From Gemmatimonadota bacterium (GTDB lineage Bacteria; Gemmatimonadota; Gemmatimonadetes; Palauibacterales; KS3-K002): a DNA stretch of 64,000 nt. Positions 38,173 through 47,006 of the stretch are shown piece after piece. Position 1 is the stretch's first letter. The number at the start of each line of letters is the position of its first letter. A program made the translations under genes and the position numbers. The notes beneath the pieces were generated by a model. It worked only from the letters and a program-made list of their open reading frames with translations. It was not told where the DNA came from and did not search any database. The stretch is from positions 6,062 through 70,061 of the forward strand of contig JBDHKD010000005.1 of assembly GCA_039586575.1 (NCBI GenBank), in the 5' to 3' direction.

Positions 38173-38619
38173 ATGCCCAAGTACGAATCCAGTGTCACGA
38201 TCAAGAGCCCCGTACAGACGGTCTTCGACTATATGCAGGACATCGACCGCGAGCGCGAGTGGCAGCCGAGTCTGCGTGAGGCTTCCCAGTCGCCGGAGGG
38301 CGAACCCGGCGTCGGCACCGAACGGCGGTACGTGAGCGAGTTCTTGGGCCGGCGATTCGAGAACGTCTACGTCAACACGAGCTACGAGCCGCCACACAAG
38401 GTCGTCTATCGGAGCACCCCGGAGTCCGACACGCAGGCGACCGGCGAGATTACCTGGGAGGCCGTGGACGGCGGCACCAAGGTCACGATGCGGGTGGAGG
38501 CAAAGATCGGAGGTCTGCTCAGGCTGGTCCCCAAAGCGGTGATCGAATCGGTCGGCCGCAAGGAGCTGAACGAGGCGCTGGCCCGCGTCAAGAAGCTCCT
38601 GGAAGCGCAGGGCGCCTGA
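38173..38619 (+). CDS. SRPBCC family protein (polyketide cyclase/dehydrase-like)
   Basis: Start taken at MPKYESSVTIKSPVQTVFDYM (a typical SRPBCC N-terminus); the ORF track starts at 38140. Confidence 0.75.
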   Translation: MPKYESSVTIKSPVQTVFDYMQDIDREREWQPSLREASQSPEGEPGVGTERRYVSEFLGRRFENVYVNTSYEPPHKVVYRSTPESDTQATGEITWEAVDGGTKVTMRVEAKIGGLLRLVPKAVIESVGRKELNEALARVKKLLEAQGA

Positions 38620-38653
38620 GACCGGCGGACGACCTGACGGTCGCCCGGCGTCA

Positions 38654-39133
38654 TTACGGCAGTGGACAGAAGAACGGGGCAGGCAGCGGCAGCGGTTCGC
38701 GCGTTCCGGCGCCAACGCAGGAAAACTCGCCGCCGTCAAAGGTGCTGGTCTTTGTGAAGTGCTGGTCGTCGCTGAATACCCACTCGCCGCTCTCGTCGTT
38801 ACCGGGATCGATCGCCTCCCAGGTGAAGGTGTTGCCGCATAGCTCACCCCGGAAGATCGATCCGGAGTCGCCGGGCAAGGTGGAAGCGACGATCGTTGCC
38901 GTGACCTGGGTCAGGTCGGTCAGGCTCTGGGCGACCTCGAAGCGGTCGTCGCCGGTGATGCAGGACCCGTTCTCGCACTTGAAGGTACCGTTCCAAGACC
39001 CGGCCACGAGCAGGGTGGTCGAGCAGCTCGCGGTAACGGCCATGCTTTCCGACTGCTGGCAGCCGAGGCACAAGGCACTCGCAGCCGCCAGCACCAGGGT
39101 CGGCGCAATCGACCGCGCGGGCGTGGATTTCAT
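38654..39133 (-). CDS. Cys-rich secreted lipoprotein, function unknown
   Basis: 159 aa; signal peptide with lipobox (ALCLGC), about 12 Cys, beta-rich. Confidence 0.55.
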   Translation of the reverse strand: MKSTPARSIAPTLVLAAASALCLGCQQSESMAVTASCSTTLLVAGSWNGTFKCENGSCITGDDRFEVAQSLTDLTQVTATIVASTLPGDSGSIFRGELCGNTFTWEAIDPGNDESGEWVFSDDQHFTKTSTFDGGEFSCVGAGTREPLPLPAPFFCPLP

Positions 39134-39220
39134 CGGAACCCTCCGGCGTCACGAGTAAAGAACCGACGAGCAAGCTTTGATTGGGCAGCAGGTCTCACAA
39201 GTCTGGTGGCTCAGTCACAC

Positions 39221-39961
39221 CTAGATCCGTTCCAACAGGAAGTCGGGCGTGAACTGGATCAGGTAGCCAGCCAGCACCGTGAACTTGCCCGTGACCAGCA
39301 GCAGCCCCACCAGGATGAGCAGGATCCCCGCCACCCATTCCACGTAGCGGACGTAGCGGCGGAATCGCTGGAACCAAGAGAGGAAGGCGGTGAGGGCTAC
39401 CGCGCTCAGCACGAAGGGGATCGCCAGGCCCAGCGAATAGACGAAGAGCAGCCCCACACCCTCCGCGACGTTCGCACGGGTCGCCGCCAGCGTCAGTATG
39501 GAACCGAGGATCGGGCCAATGCATGGGACCCAGCCAGCGCCGAAGGCGACGCCGACCGCTACCGTACCTACGTAGCCGACCGGCTTGTTCTGGAACTGGT
39601 AGCGCTTCTCGCGGCTCAGCGCCGGTACCGGTATCACGCCCAGCAGCAGGACACCGAAGAGTATGATGATGACGCCACCCACGCGTGCGATGATGTCTTG
39701 ATACGAACGCAAGAGCTGCCCGATATAGGTCGCCGAGGCGCCCATTAGCAGAAAGATCAACGTGAAGCCGGCGACGAAGAGCAGCGAGTGAACGAGCGTC
39801 ACCCGCTTCACTTCCCCGCCGCCCTGCTCCAGCTCCTCCAGCCCTAGGCCGGTGACGAACGAGACGTAGGAGGGCACCAGCGGGAGAACGCAGGGGCTGA
39901 GGAAAGAGAGCAGCCCGGCGAGCAGTGCTACGACTATGCCGATCGAGGTGCCTTCTTGCAT
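39221..39961 (-). CDS. ccdA: Cytochrome c-type biogenesis protein CcdA (DsbD-family thiol-disulfide transporter)
   Basis: 246 aa; 6 TM helices with conserved Cys in TM1 and TM4 (…FLSPCVLPLVP… …GAGWVPCIGPILG…). Confidence 0.9.
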   Translation of the reverse strand: MQEGTSIGIVVALLAGLLSFLSPCVLPLVPSYVSFVTGLGLEELEQGGGEVKRVTLVHSLLFVAGFTLIFLLMGASATYIGQLLRSYQDIIARVGGVIIILFGVLLLGVIPVPALSREKRYQFQNKPVGYVGTVAVGVAFGAGWVPCIGPILGSILTLAATRANVAEGVGLLFVYSLGLAIPFVLSAVALTAFLSWFQRFRRYVRYVEWVAGILLILVGLLLVTGKFTVLAGYLIQFTPDFLLERI

Positions 39962-39972
39962 GTGTCCAGCCT

Positions 39973-40112
39973 GACAGTGGGTCTGTGGTTCGGGGGAAGT
40001 GGGTCAGTGGGTCAGTGGGTCAGTGGGTCAGTGGGTGTCAGTAACCTAAGTGCCGATCTACTGACTTTCTGACTACTGACTTACTGACCTACTGATCTCC
40101 TGGCCTACTGAT
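39973..40112. repeat. Intergenic double array of 8-bp tandem repeats in inverted orientation: about 5x AGTGGGTC then about 7x (C)TACTGAC, sharing the 6-bp core GTCAGT/ACTGAC
   Basis: Read directly: aagtgggtcagtgggtcagtgggtcagtgggtcagtgggtgtcagt … ctactgactttctgactactgacttactgacctactgatctcctggcctactgatctactgg. It lies between the speB stop and the ccdA start. Confidence 0.85.
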
Positions 40113-41015
40113 CTACTGGCCCACCGACCTACCTCCCCTCCCCTCTTCCCAATACCCGATCATCTTGTAGACCAGCTTGGCCACCAAAAAGTCCGGGGCC
40201 ACGAGCCCCGCTATGGGCGCCAGCTCGACGACGTCGGCGGCGACGACGTTACGCTCGGCGAACACACGTCGGAGCAACGCCAGCGCCTGCACCCAGGTTC
40301 CGCCACCCGGCTCGGGCGTTCCGGTGGAAGGGACGTAGGCGGGGTCGAAGAAGTCGACGTCGAAGCTGATGTAGACATTCTCACCCAACGCCCCCATCGC
40401 GCGATCCATCCAGCCCGGCCCCTCCAGCTCCTCGCCATATATCATGGTGAGGCCGAGATCGTCGATCAGCTTTTTCTCCTCGCTGTCGATGGCGCGAATA
40501 CCGACGCCCACAGGCTTCACCCGATCTACCACCCTGCGCATGACGCAGGCATGGCTCCAGCGGGTGCCGTGGAAGCTATCACGCAGATCGGCGTGGGCAT
40601 CGAACTGCAGGATCGTCAGATCGTCGCCCAAGCGGTCGGCCCAGTACAGCACCGGCACCTGGGTGAGGGTGTGCTCGCCGCCCAGCATGATGACGAATTG
40701 ACCCTGGTCGCAAACCTCCGCGTAGCGCTGGCCGAACTCCGCCAGCGCCGACTCCGGGCCGGCGGCACTCAACTCCAACAGCGGGTAGGTGTGGATGCCG
40801 GCCCGATACGGCTCGCTGTTCAGCTCGTGGTCATAAAGCTCAACGTGCCGAGAGGCGCGGAGGATCGCCTCGGGTCCGCGGCGCGCCCCCTCCATGTAGG
40901 AGGTCGTCGCCTCGTAGGGTACCGGGAGTAGCGCGACCTTGGCGCGGTCGCGGGCGCTGTACTCTTCCCCCAACCCGAGGAACGCGTAAGGATCTTCCCA
41001 AGAGAAATCGGACAT
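40113..41015 (-). CDS. speB: Agmatinase (ureohydrolase family)
   Basis: Start at MSDFSWEDP (ATG at 41013-41015). Mn-binding arginase-fold motifs …GGEHTLT…DAHADL…SFDVDFFDP…. Confidence 0.9.
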   Translation of the reverse strand: MSDFSWEDPYAFLGLGEEYSARDRAKVALLPVPYEATTSYMEGARRGPEAILRASRHVELYDHELNSEPYRAGIHTYPLLELSAAGPESALAEFGQRYAEVCDQGQFVIMLGGEHTLTQVPVLYWADRLGDDLTILQFDAHADLRDSFHGTRWSHACVMRRVVDRVKPVGVGIRAIDSEEKKLIDDLGLTMIYGEELEGPGWMDRAMGALGENVYISFDVDFFDPAYVPSTGTPEPGGGTWVQALALLRRVFAERNVVAADVVELAPIAGLVAPDFLVAKLVYKMIGYWEEGRGGRSVGQ

Positions 41016-41023
41016 CGATCCGG

Positions 41024-41581
41024 CTAGCGCAGCAGCACGGCAGCGGTGACGACGCTCACCCACTTGCCGTCGTCAGGCCCCTCGGCCGTCTGCGTGACGT
41101 TCGTCGTGTGCACGATCTTGCCGGAGACCTGCCACTGGGCACGCTGCGCGTCCCACGCCGTGTCCGAGTCGAACGGCACGCCAAGAATCGTCGCCAGCAT
41201 GCTGGCCGCCAGATCCTCGGCGTAGTCGCCCGCCGTCCTCTCGCTCTGGCCGTACTCGTGGTGTTCCGACAGGTAGCCGAATTGCTGCCGATCTTTGGGG
41301 ATCGCCACGCCGATGCTGGCGGCGATGAGCCGGCTCGGCTCGTTCGTTTCGAGCCTCGACATCACGGCGAAGACGATCTGTCCCGGCGTCAGCAGCTCGA
41401 GCCCCTCCTCTCGCTCGATCAGCTCGCAGTGCGGCGGGAAGATCGACGAGACGCTGACCAGGTTATAGCGAGCGATGCGGGCATCGCGCAGCGCCATCTC
41501 AAAGGCTGAGAGACGCTCGCGATGTACACCGACCCCCTTGGTCAGGAAGATCTTGCTCGGTACAAAAGAGTTACCGGGCAC
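41024..41581 (-). CDS. pdaD: Pyruvoyl-dependent arginine decarboxylase
   Basis: 185 aa; …[41 protein letters not shown]… matches the PdaD family including the SS processing site. The ORF begins with GTG. Confidence 0.88.
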   Translation of the reverse strand: MPGNSFVPSKIFLTKGVGVHRERLSAFEMALRDARIARYNLVSVSSIFPPHCELIEREEGLELLTPGQIVFAVMSRLETNEPSRLIAASIGVAIPKDRQQFGYLSEHHEYGQSERTAGDYAEDLAASMLATILGVPFDSDTAWDAQRAQWQVSGKIVHTTNVTQTAEGPDDGKWVSVVTAAVLLR

Positions 41582-41595
41582 GGCTCATCCCTCAC

Positions 41596-41616
41596 AACAA
41601 AAACGCGGATCCGCGT
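41596..41616 (-). terminator. Rho-independent terminator after fur: palindrome CGCGGATCCGCG followed by TTTTTGTTGTG (minus strand)
   Basis: Read directly. Two further GC hairpins (CGGGCCGCGGCCCG, GCGCGGGCCGCGC) lie just upstream. Confidence 0.6.
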
Positions 41617-41697
41617 GGCGCGGCCCGCGCAAATGGAAGCCTACACCCGGGCCGCGGCCCGAGTACTAGTGTAAGGGTTGTCGCACAACTCGGTAGA

Positions 41698-42135
41698 CTA
41701 GTTCCGGCACTTCGGGCAGTAGCCGATCAACTCCAGCCGATAATCGAGAATCTCGAAACCGTCGTCGCTGCGAATCCCCTCTATCAGGTCCGTGTCGTGC
41801 GTGCCGACGACGTCCCGCACCACACCGCACTTCAGACAGCGAACGTGATCGTGGTCATCCGTACGGCCATCGTAGCGCGCCGGACCACCGCCCAGTGCAA
41901 GCTTGCGGGCCACGCCCGCCTCGACGAACGCCTCCAACGCCTTGTACACCGTCGCCAGACTGATGTCCGGCAGCACCTCACGCACCTGCGTGAAGATCTC
42001 GTCGGCCGTGGGATGCGACGTCACCTTGCGCAGGTAGCGGTAGATCGCCGCTCGCTGCGTCGTGTGCCGGTGGCCGGCCGTCTCCAGCGCCGACCTCAGC
42101 CTGTCCTCCGAGCTACCGCTTGGCGTGACTTCCAT
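41698..42135 (-). CDS. fur: Fur-family transcriptional regulator (Fur/Zur/PerR type not resolvable)
   Basis: 145 aa; wHTH (…HRHTTQRAAIYRYL…HPTADEIF…) and metal sites HDHVRCLKCG … CPKC. Confidence 0.88.
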   Translation of the reverse strand: MEVTPSGSSEDRLRSALETAGHRHTTQRAAIYRYLRKVTSHPTADEIFTQVREVLPDISLATVYKALEAFVEAGVARKLALGGGPARYDGRTDDHDHVRCLKCGVVRDVVGTHDTDLIEGIRSDDGFEILDYRLELIGYCPKCRN

Positions 42136-42141
42136 GGTTCT

Positions 42142-42750
42142 CTAATCCGATTCTCTGGGCCGCTCGTCCCGAGGAATGACCGTTTCAATAATAGTACTAA
42201 AAGTTACTTCTGGTAGCACGCTGCTGTCAATGAAAATTGCTTTATGTTTGGCGCCCGAGCCGTTCCCGTTGCCGGAGCCGTTTCCGTTGGCGAAACGAGA
42301 GACCGCCTCGTCCCAAGCCTCGGACTTGCCGCCGACCTGGACGACCTCGGGGACTCCGGCATCGGCGAGTCGATTCAACAGGCGGTCCGGTATGTCGGCC
42401 ACCCACCGCTGTGGCGCCGTGCCTTGCTCACGGATCCGCTGAACCCACTCGAACTCGTCGCTCTCCGGGTCGTCGAACTGGGCGTCGACGTGAGACGTCA
42501 GGATCCGCCGACGATCGTCACCGCCGTCGAAGCAAACGAGAACGATGAAATGGCAGGCGTGCTCGCGGTTGGGGAGCGGTGGGAAGACCCACAGCTCATC
42601 GATCGACGAGGCGGGAATGTTGTCGGCAATGGCTCGCAGCCGTCGGTCAAGCGGCAGTGCCCGATCCGGCTTGGTCGGACCGCGCACACCCTTTAGAAGC
42701 ATTCGACGCCTGGGTCCATTTCCACTGCTGTGCTTTCGATGCCAGCTCAC
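42142..42750 (-). CDS. Hypothetical protein with an NGNGSGNGNGSG repeat, co-transcribed upstream of fur (7-bp gap)
   Basis: 202 aa; no recognised domain; acidic C-terminal half. Confidence 0.5.
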   Translation of the reverse strand: MSWHRKHSSGNGPRRRMLLKGVRGPTKPDRALPLDRRLRAIADNIPASSIDELWVFPPLPNREHACHFIVLVCFDGGDDRRRILTSHVDAQFDDPESDEFEWVQRIREQGTAPQRWVADIPDRLLNRLADAGVPEVVQVGGKSEAWDEAVSRFANGNGSGNGNGSGAKHKAIFIDSSVLPEVTFSTIIETVIPRDERPRESD

Positions 42751-42926
42751 CAGCCTCCACCTCCCTCACCCGACACCATCAGGCTGCTGCACCTAGACCG
42801 GTTCGCCCGGGGATGCCCTCATCCCGCAGAGCGCGAATACCGCAGCGACAGGCCGACTTACGGCCTTTGTTCACCCCGCTGACTGTCCCAAGATACGGCC
42901 AGCGGCGCTGTCACTCAAGACCGAGC

Positions 42927-43937
42927 CTAGCCAGGCCGCCTAAGGGCGGCTCGGCAAGCCGCCAAGACCCGTTTGGTGACCTCGCCCACGCTACCTTCGA
43001 CCACCGCCCCGGCCGCCTTCTCGTGGCCGCCGCCGCCGAAGGAGCGGGCCACGGCCGCGACGTCGGTGGCACCCGTTGAGCGAAGCGAGATCTTCACCTC
43101 TCCGCCCTCCAGCTCGCGGAGAAGGACTGCTACCTCGGTCCCCTGCAAGTTGCGCAGCTGGTCTATTACGCCCTCGTACTCCTGCAGTGGACCGATGCGG
43201 TGCGAGAGTTCCAGGTCGAGGACGCACCAGGTGATGCCGCTCTGCTCGTCGCGCCGCATGGCGGCAAGCGCCGAACCCAGCGTCTCCAGCTCCGCCGGCG
43301 TGAGGTTACCGAAAAGCGGCCGATACAGCGCCTCCGGGTCGACCCCGGCCTCGATGAGCGCTGCGGCGAGCCGGTGGGCCTGCGGTGTGGCGTTAGAATA
43401 ACGGAACGACCCGGTGTCGGTGACGAGACCCACGTAGAGGGACTGCGCCGTCGCTAGCTCGATCGGGATCCCGGTCTGCAGTAGCACGTCGTAGATCAGC
43501 TCCGCGGTCGCCGCCGCCCGCGGATCGATGAGCCGGAGCGCCGCGCCGATCTCGCGCGCCGCGACCGCGTGGTGATCGATGACGATCGTACGGTCTCGCT
43601 CGTAGCCCGGCGCGAATTCGCCGAGGCGGCTCGGCTCCGAGGCATCCACCACCAGCTGCAGATCGGCGGTCCGCAGCGCTTCCAGCCCCGGCCCGCCGGG
43701 AGCCAGCGGCGCGGCCTCATCCGGTAACAGGAAACGGAAACGGTCGGGCAGCGGGCTGGCGGCGAGCAACCTCACATCGCAGCCACGGGGACCGAAGTGA
43801 TGAGCGATAGCGCAGGCGGAGCCCCAGCCGTCGCCATCGCCGTTGACGTGGGTGGAGACGGCGATCGAGGTTGCCGCCTTCAGCTTACCCGCGATGCGCT
43901 TCGCCAGGTCGAGACGGTGGGAGGGTGTCGAGATCAC
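42927..43937 (-). CDS. DHH/DHHA1 family phosphoesterase (NrnA-like oligoribonuclease/pAp phosphatase)
   Basis: 336 aa; DHH motif (IDHH) and DHHA1 GGGH (SFGGGGHEKAAG). Confidence 0.8.
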   Translation of the reverse strand: MISTPSHRLDLAKRIAGKLKAATSIAVSTHVNGDGDGWGSACAIAHHFGPRGCDVRLLAASPLPDRFRFLLPDEAAPLAPGGPGLEALRTADLQLVVDASEPSRLGEFAPGYERDRTIVIDHHAVAAREIGAALRLIDPRAAATAELIYDVLLQTGIPIELATAQSLYVGLVTDTGSFRYSNATPQAHRLAAALIEAGVDPEALYRPLFGNLTPAELETLGSALAAMRRDEQSGITWCVLDLELSHRIGPLQEYEGVIDQLRNLQGTEVAVLLRELEGGEVKISLRSTGATDVAAVARSFGGGGHEKAAGAVVEGSVGEVTKRVLAACRAALRRPG

Positions 43938-43938
43938 A

Positions 43939-45681
43939 CTATAGCGCTTTGTACCTTTGCTGTGCCTTCCAGCGCCGATGCGCCTCGCGATTATCGACCC
44001 ACGGCTTCCGCTCGAAATAGCTCAGCGTCAACTCCCGCACCTTGCCCGACAAGAGCAGCAGGGCCAGCAGGTTTGGAAGGATCACGATACCCAAGAACAC
44101 ATCGCCCAGCGTCCAAGCGACCGACAGGGTCAGGATCGCCCCGATGAAGTGCATGGTGACGAAGGCGAACTTATACGGCAGCACGGCCCGGTGACCCAAG
44201 AGGTAGTTGGCGCAACGATCGCCGTAGTAGCTCCAGGAGATCGCCGTCGAGATCGCGAACAGGAAGACGCTGATCACCACGATGTAGAGACCCAGGTTGC
44301 CCGGTAGCCCGCGTTGAAAGGCGATCATCGTGAGCGGCGCGCCGCTCTCCGCTGCATCGCCGTACAGCGAGGACAGCTCGCGGCCGTCGGCGGACAGCGC
44401 GATCCCGCGATCGGTATCGATGGTGCCCGTGAAGAGCAAGGTCTGCTCTTCATCCAGGTAGAGCGGCTCGACCCGTACTTCGTGCCAGGTCAGGACGCCG
44501 ACACTCGGCGCCACGTAGCGGCCGCTTTCCACCGGGATCGCCACATCGCCGTCGAAATCGTCGTAGCCGCCACCCGGCTGCTCCGCGACGAACGAGATGT
44601 CGCCCTTGTCCAGAGTGATCTCGGTGGGCACCCGGATGTTCCATACGCCGGTCATTATTATGACGAGGCCGGTCATCGTGCAGATGACGATCGTGTCGAT
44701 GAACGGCTCGACGAGGGCGACGACGCCTTCGGAAACCGGCTCATCGGTCTTGGCGGCGGCGTGAGCGATGGGCGCCGAACCCTGGCCCGCCTCGTTCGAG
44801 AACAGGCCGCGCTTCACACCCCAGATCATCGTCAGCAGGAACACGCCGACCCCCGACCCGGCGATGCTCGCCGTGGGGTGGAAGGCCTCGCGGAAGATCA
44901 CCCCGAAGGTAGGTATCACCTGGTCGTAGTGCAGCGCGATGATCGTGAGCGCGCCGGCCACGTAGATCGCCGCCATCGTCGGCGCCAGCACGCCGGTCAC
45001 CTTGCCGATCCGCGTGATCCCACCGATCACCACCATGGCCACTATGCTCGCCGTCACCAAGCCGCTCGCCCAGACGGGAAAGCCGAGCGTCGTGTTGAGC
45101 GTGTCGGCCACCGTGTTGGCCTGGATCGCGTTACCCGTCAGGAACGCCGTTGTCCCCAGCATGGCCGCGAAGAAGACCGCCAGCGGCTTCCAGCTCGGTC
45201 CCAGGCCACGCTCGATGTAATACATGGGGCCGCCGGAGACCGTGCCTTCCCATTTGTAAGGGTCGAGGTCCTCGCGCTCTATCTCACGGTAGCGCTGCGC
45301 CAGCGTGACCTCCGAGTACTTGGTCGCCATCCCCAGCAGCGCGGTGACCCACATCCAGAACAGCGCGCCGGGCCCACCCCAGTGAATGGCGAGGGCAACG
45401 CCGGCGATGTTGCCGATGCCCACCGTCGCCGACAGTGCCGTGGTCAGCGCCTGGAAGTGGGAGACGTCGCCTGGCTCGTTCGGATCGTCGTAGATGCCCG
45501 AGGTGACGGCGAAGCCGTGCCCCAACTTCCTGAGCTGCAGGAACCCGAGCCGGATGGTCAGGAACACTCCGGTCCCCAACAGCGCTACAACCACCCAGGG
45601 GATCTCCTGACCCTGGAACGGGATGCCTTTGTCCCAGATGTACTCGGACAGTTTGTTGACGATGTTCTCCAGAAGTTCCAT
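43939..45681 (-). CDS. Alanine/glycine:cation symporter (AGCS family) with a large internal soluble insert
   Basis: 580 aa; …ALSATVGIGNIAGVA…FWMWVTALLGMATKYSE… are AGCS motifs. An insert of ~130 aa lies between TM helices. Confidence 0.85.
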   Translation of the reverse strand: MELLENIVNKLSEYIWDKGIPFQGQEIPWVVVALLGTGVFLTIRLGFLQLRKLGHGFAVTSGIYDDPNEPGDVSHFQALTTALSATVGIGNIAGVALAIHWGGPGALFWMWVTALLGMATKYSEVTLAQRYREIEREDLDPYKWEGTVSGGPMYYIERGLGPSWKPLAVFFAAMLGTTAFLTGNAIQANTVADTLNTTLGFPVWASGLVTASIVAMVVIGGITRIGKVTGVLAPTMAAIYVAGALTIIALHYDQVIPTFGVIFREAFHPTASIAGSGVGVFLLTMIWGVKRGLFSNEAGQGSAPIAHAAAKTDEPVSEGVVALVEPFIDTIVICTMTGLVIIMTGVWNIRVPTEITLDKGDISFVAEQPGGGYDDFDGDVAIPVESGRYVAPSVGVLTWHEVRVEPLYLDEEQTLLFTGTIDTDRGIALSADGRELSSLYGDAAESGAPLTMIAFQRGLPGNLGLYIVVISVFLFAISTAISWSYYGDRCANYLLGHRAVLPYKFAFVTMHFIGAILTLSVAWTLGDVFLGIVILPNLLALLLLSGKVRELTLSYFERKPWVDNREAHRRWKAQQRYKAL

Positions 45682-45748
45682 GACGCTTCCGCAGTTTGAT
45701 GGAACGGCCGCTAGGGTCGCGCTACTCTAGAAGCCGCCACCGGCGGTG

Positions 45749-46390
45749 TCAACCGACAAGCTTCGCCCAGCTGGAGGCCAGGTGAACCAGGTAGCTGGAA
45801 TAGCGCCCAACGACACGGCCGACGCGCAGTGCTTCGAGGAAGCCCACCTGGCCCTCGAAGGCCGGCACCTCGATGACCCCGCGCCCGATCTCACGCAGTG
45901 TGTGGGCATCGGAGCCGGCACCGCCCGGTAGGCTGCGCGCCTCGGCCCAGCGCGTGGCTCGCTCGTTGAGCGCCGGTTTGTGGATGCGCGCGTTGAAGAT
46001 CTCGACCACATCGACGTAGGGCTCGATCGTCGCCAGCACTTCCTGCCCGAGGCCCTTGCCGCCGGCGAACGGGTGGGGGACGTAGACGAGGCCCCCTTGG
46101 GCGCGGATCGCCTGGGCCGTCTCGAGTGCCGGTGTGCCCTTGGGGATCTTCTCGGAGATGAAGAGGCCGGTTAGATCAAAGCCTTCCGCCGTCTTCACTT
46201 CCTCGCCGACGATGACCAGCTCGGGCGCTCGCTCGCGGGCCCGCAGCGCGCCTTCGATCTCGTTGTGGTCGGTGATGGCGATGCGATCGAGGTCGCGCGC
46301 GCGAGCCGTAGAGATGACGTCGTCGTAGTCGCTGAGGCAGTCGTGGGAGGCGCGCGTGTGTATGTGTAGGTCGAGTCTCAGCACGCTCAT
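45749..46390 (-). CDS. PHP domain-containing phosphoesterase
   Basis: Start at MSVLRLDLHIHTRASHDC (PHP motif I; ATG at 46388-46390, 4-bp overlap with coaE). Confidence 0.8.
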   Translation of the reverse strand: MSVLRLDLHIHTRASHDCLSDYDDVISTARARDLDRIAITDHNEIEGALRARERAPELVIVGEEVKTAEGFDLTGLFISEKIPKGTPALETAQAIRAQGGLVYVPHPFAGGKGLGQEVLATIEPYVDVVEIFNARIHKPALNERATRWAEARSLPGGAGSDAHTLREIGRGVIEVPAFEGQVGFLEALRVGRVVGRYSSYLVHLASSWAKLVG

Positions 46391-46995
46391 CCCGCCCGGC
46401 TCAACTTCTCGATCTCTTTCCACGTCTCCCAAGCCCGGCGTTCCAGCGTCGGGATGTCAGAATCATTGTCGATGATCAGGTCGGCGCGTGCGCGTTTCTG
46501 TTCAGCCGGTACCTGAGCCGCCGCGACGGCATGAGCATCCTCGACGCTCAGACCACGCTTGTTGACCAACCGTTCGATTCGCAGATCGAGCGGCGCGTCG
46601 ACGAGCAAGACGACATCGAACTCCTCGTCCATCTTCTTTTCATAGAGCAGCGGGACGACGCCGATGATGATGCGGTCACCTCGTGCTTCCGCCTCGATGA
46701 ACAGCTCGCGGAATCGGGCGCGGATCGCCGGGTGGAGGATCGCCTCGAGCTGCTCACGCGCGCCCGCGTCGGCGAAGACGATGCGGCGCATCGCCTCGCG
46801 ATCGAGCCGGCCGTTCTCGGCGATGACGTGCTCGCCGAAGATCTCAGCGACCAGCTTCAACACAGCTCCGCCGGGCTCGACGACCTCGCGCGCCAGCACA
46901 TCGGCATCGATCACCGTGGCACCCCAACCGGCGAACAGGCTGACCAGCGTCGACTTGCCAGCGCCGACATTCCCGGTGAGACCGACACGCAGCAC
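46387..46995 (-). CDS. coaE: Dephospho-CoA kinase
   Basis: 202 aa; GLTGNVGAGKST P-loop and overall CoaE layout. Confidence 0.9.
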   Translation of the reverse strand: MLRVGLTGNVGAGKSTLVSLFAGWGATVIDADVLAREVVEPGGAVLKLVAEIFGEHVIAENGRLDREAMRRIVFADAGAREQLEAILHPAIRARFRELFIEAEARGDRIIIGVVPLLYEKKMDEEFDVVLLVDAPLDLRIERLVNKRGLSVEDAHAVAAAQVPAEQKRARADLIIDNDSDIPTLERRAWETWKEIEKLSRAG

Positions 46996-47006
46996 GGTTT
47001 CCAGCT

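Noticed and set aside
39973-40112. Tandem repeats as a CRISPR array
   Set aside because: The units are 8 bp with no spacers, and no cas genes are nearby. Treated as a structured repeat or regulatory element instead.
44314-45699. 461-aa plus-strand ORF
   Set aside because: Antisense to the AGCS symporter gene.
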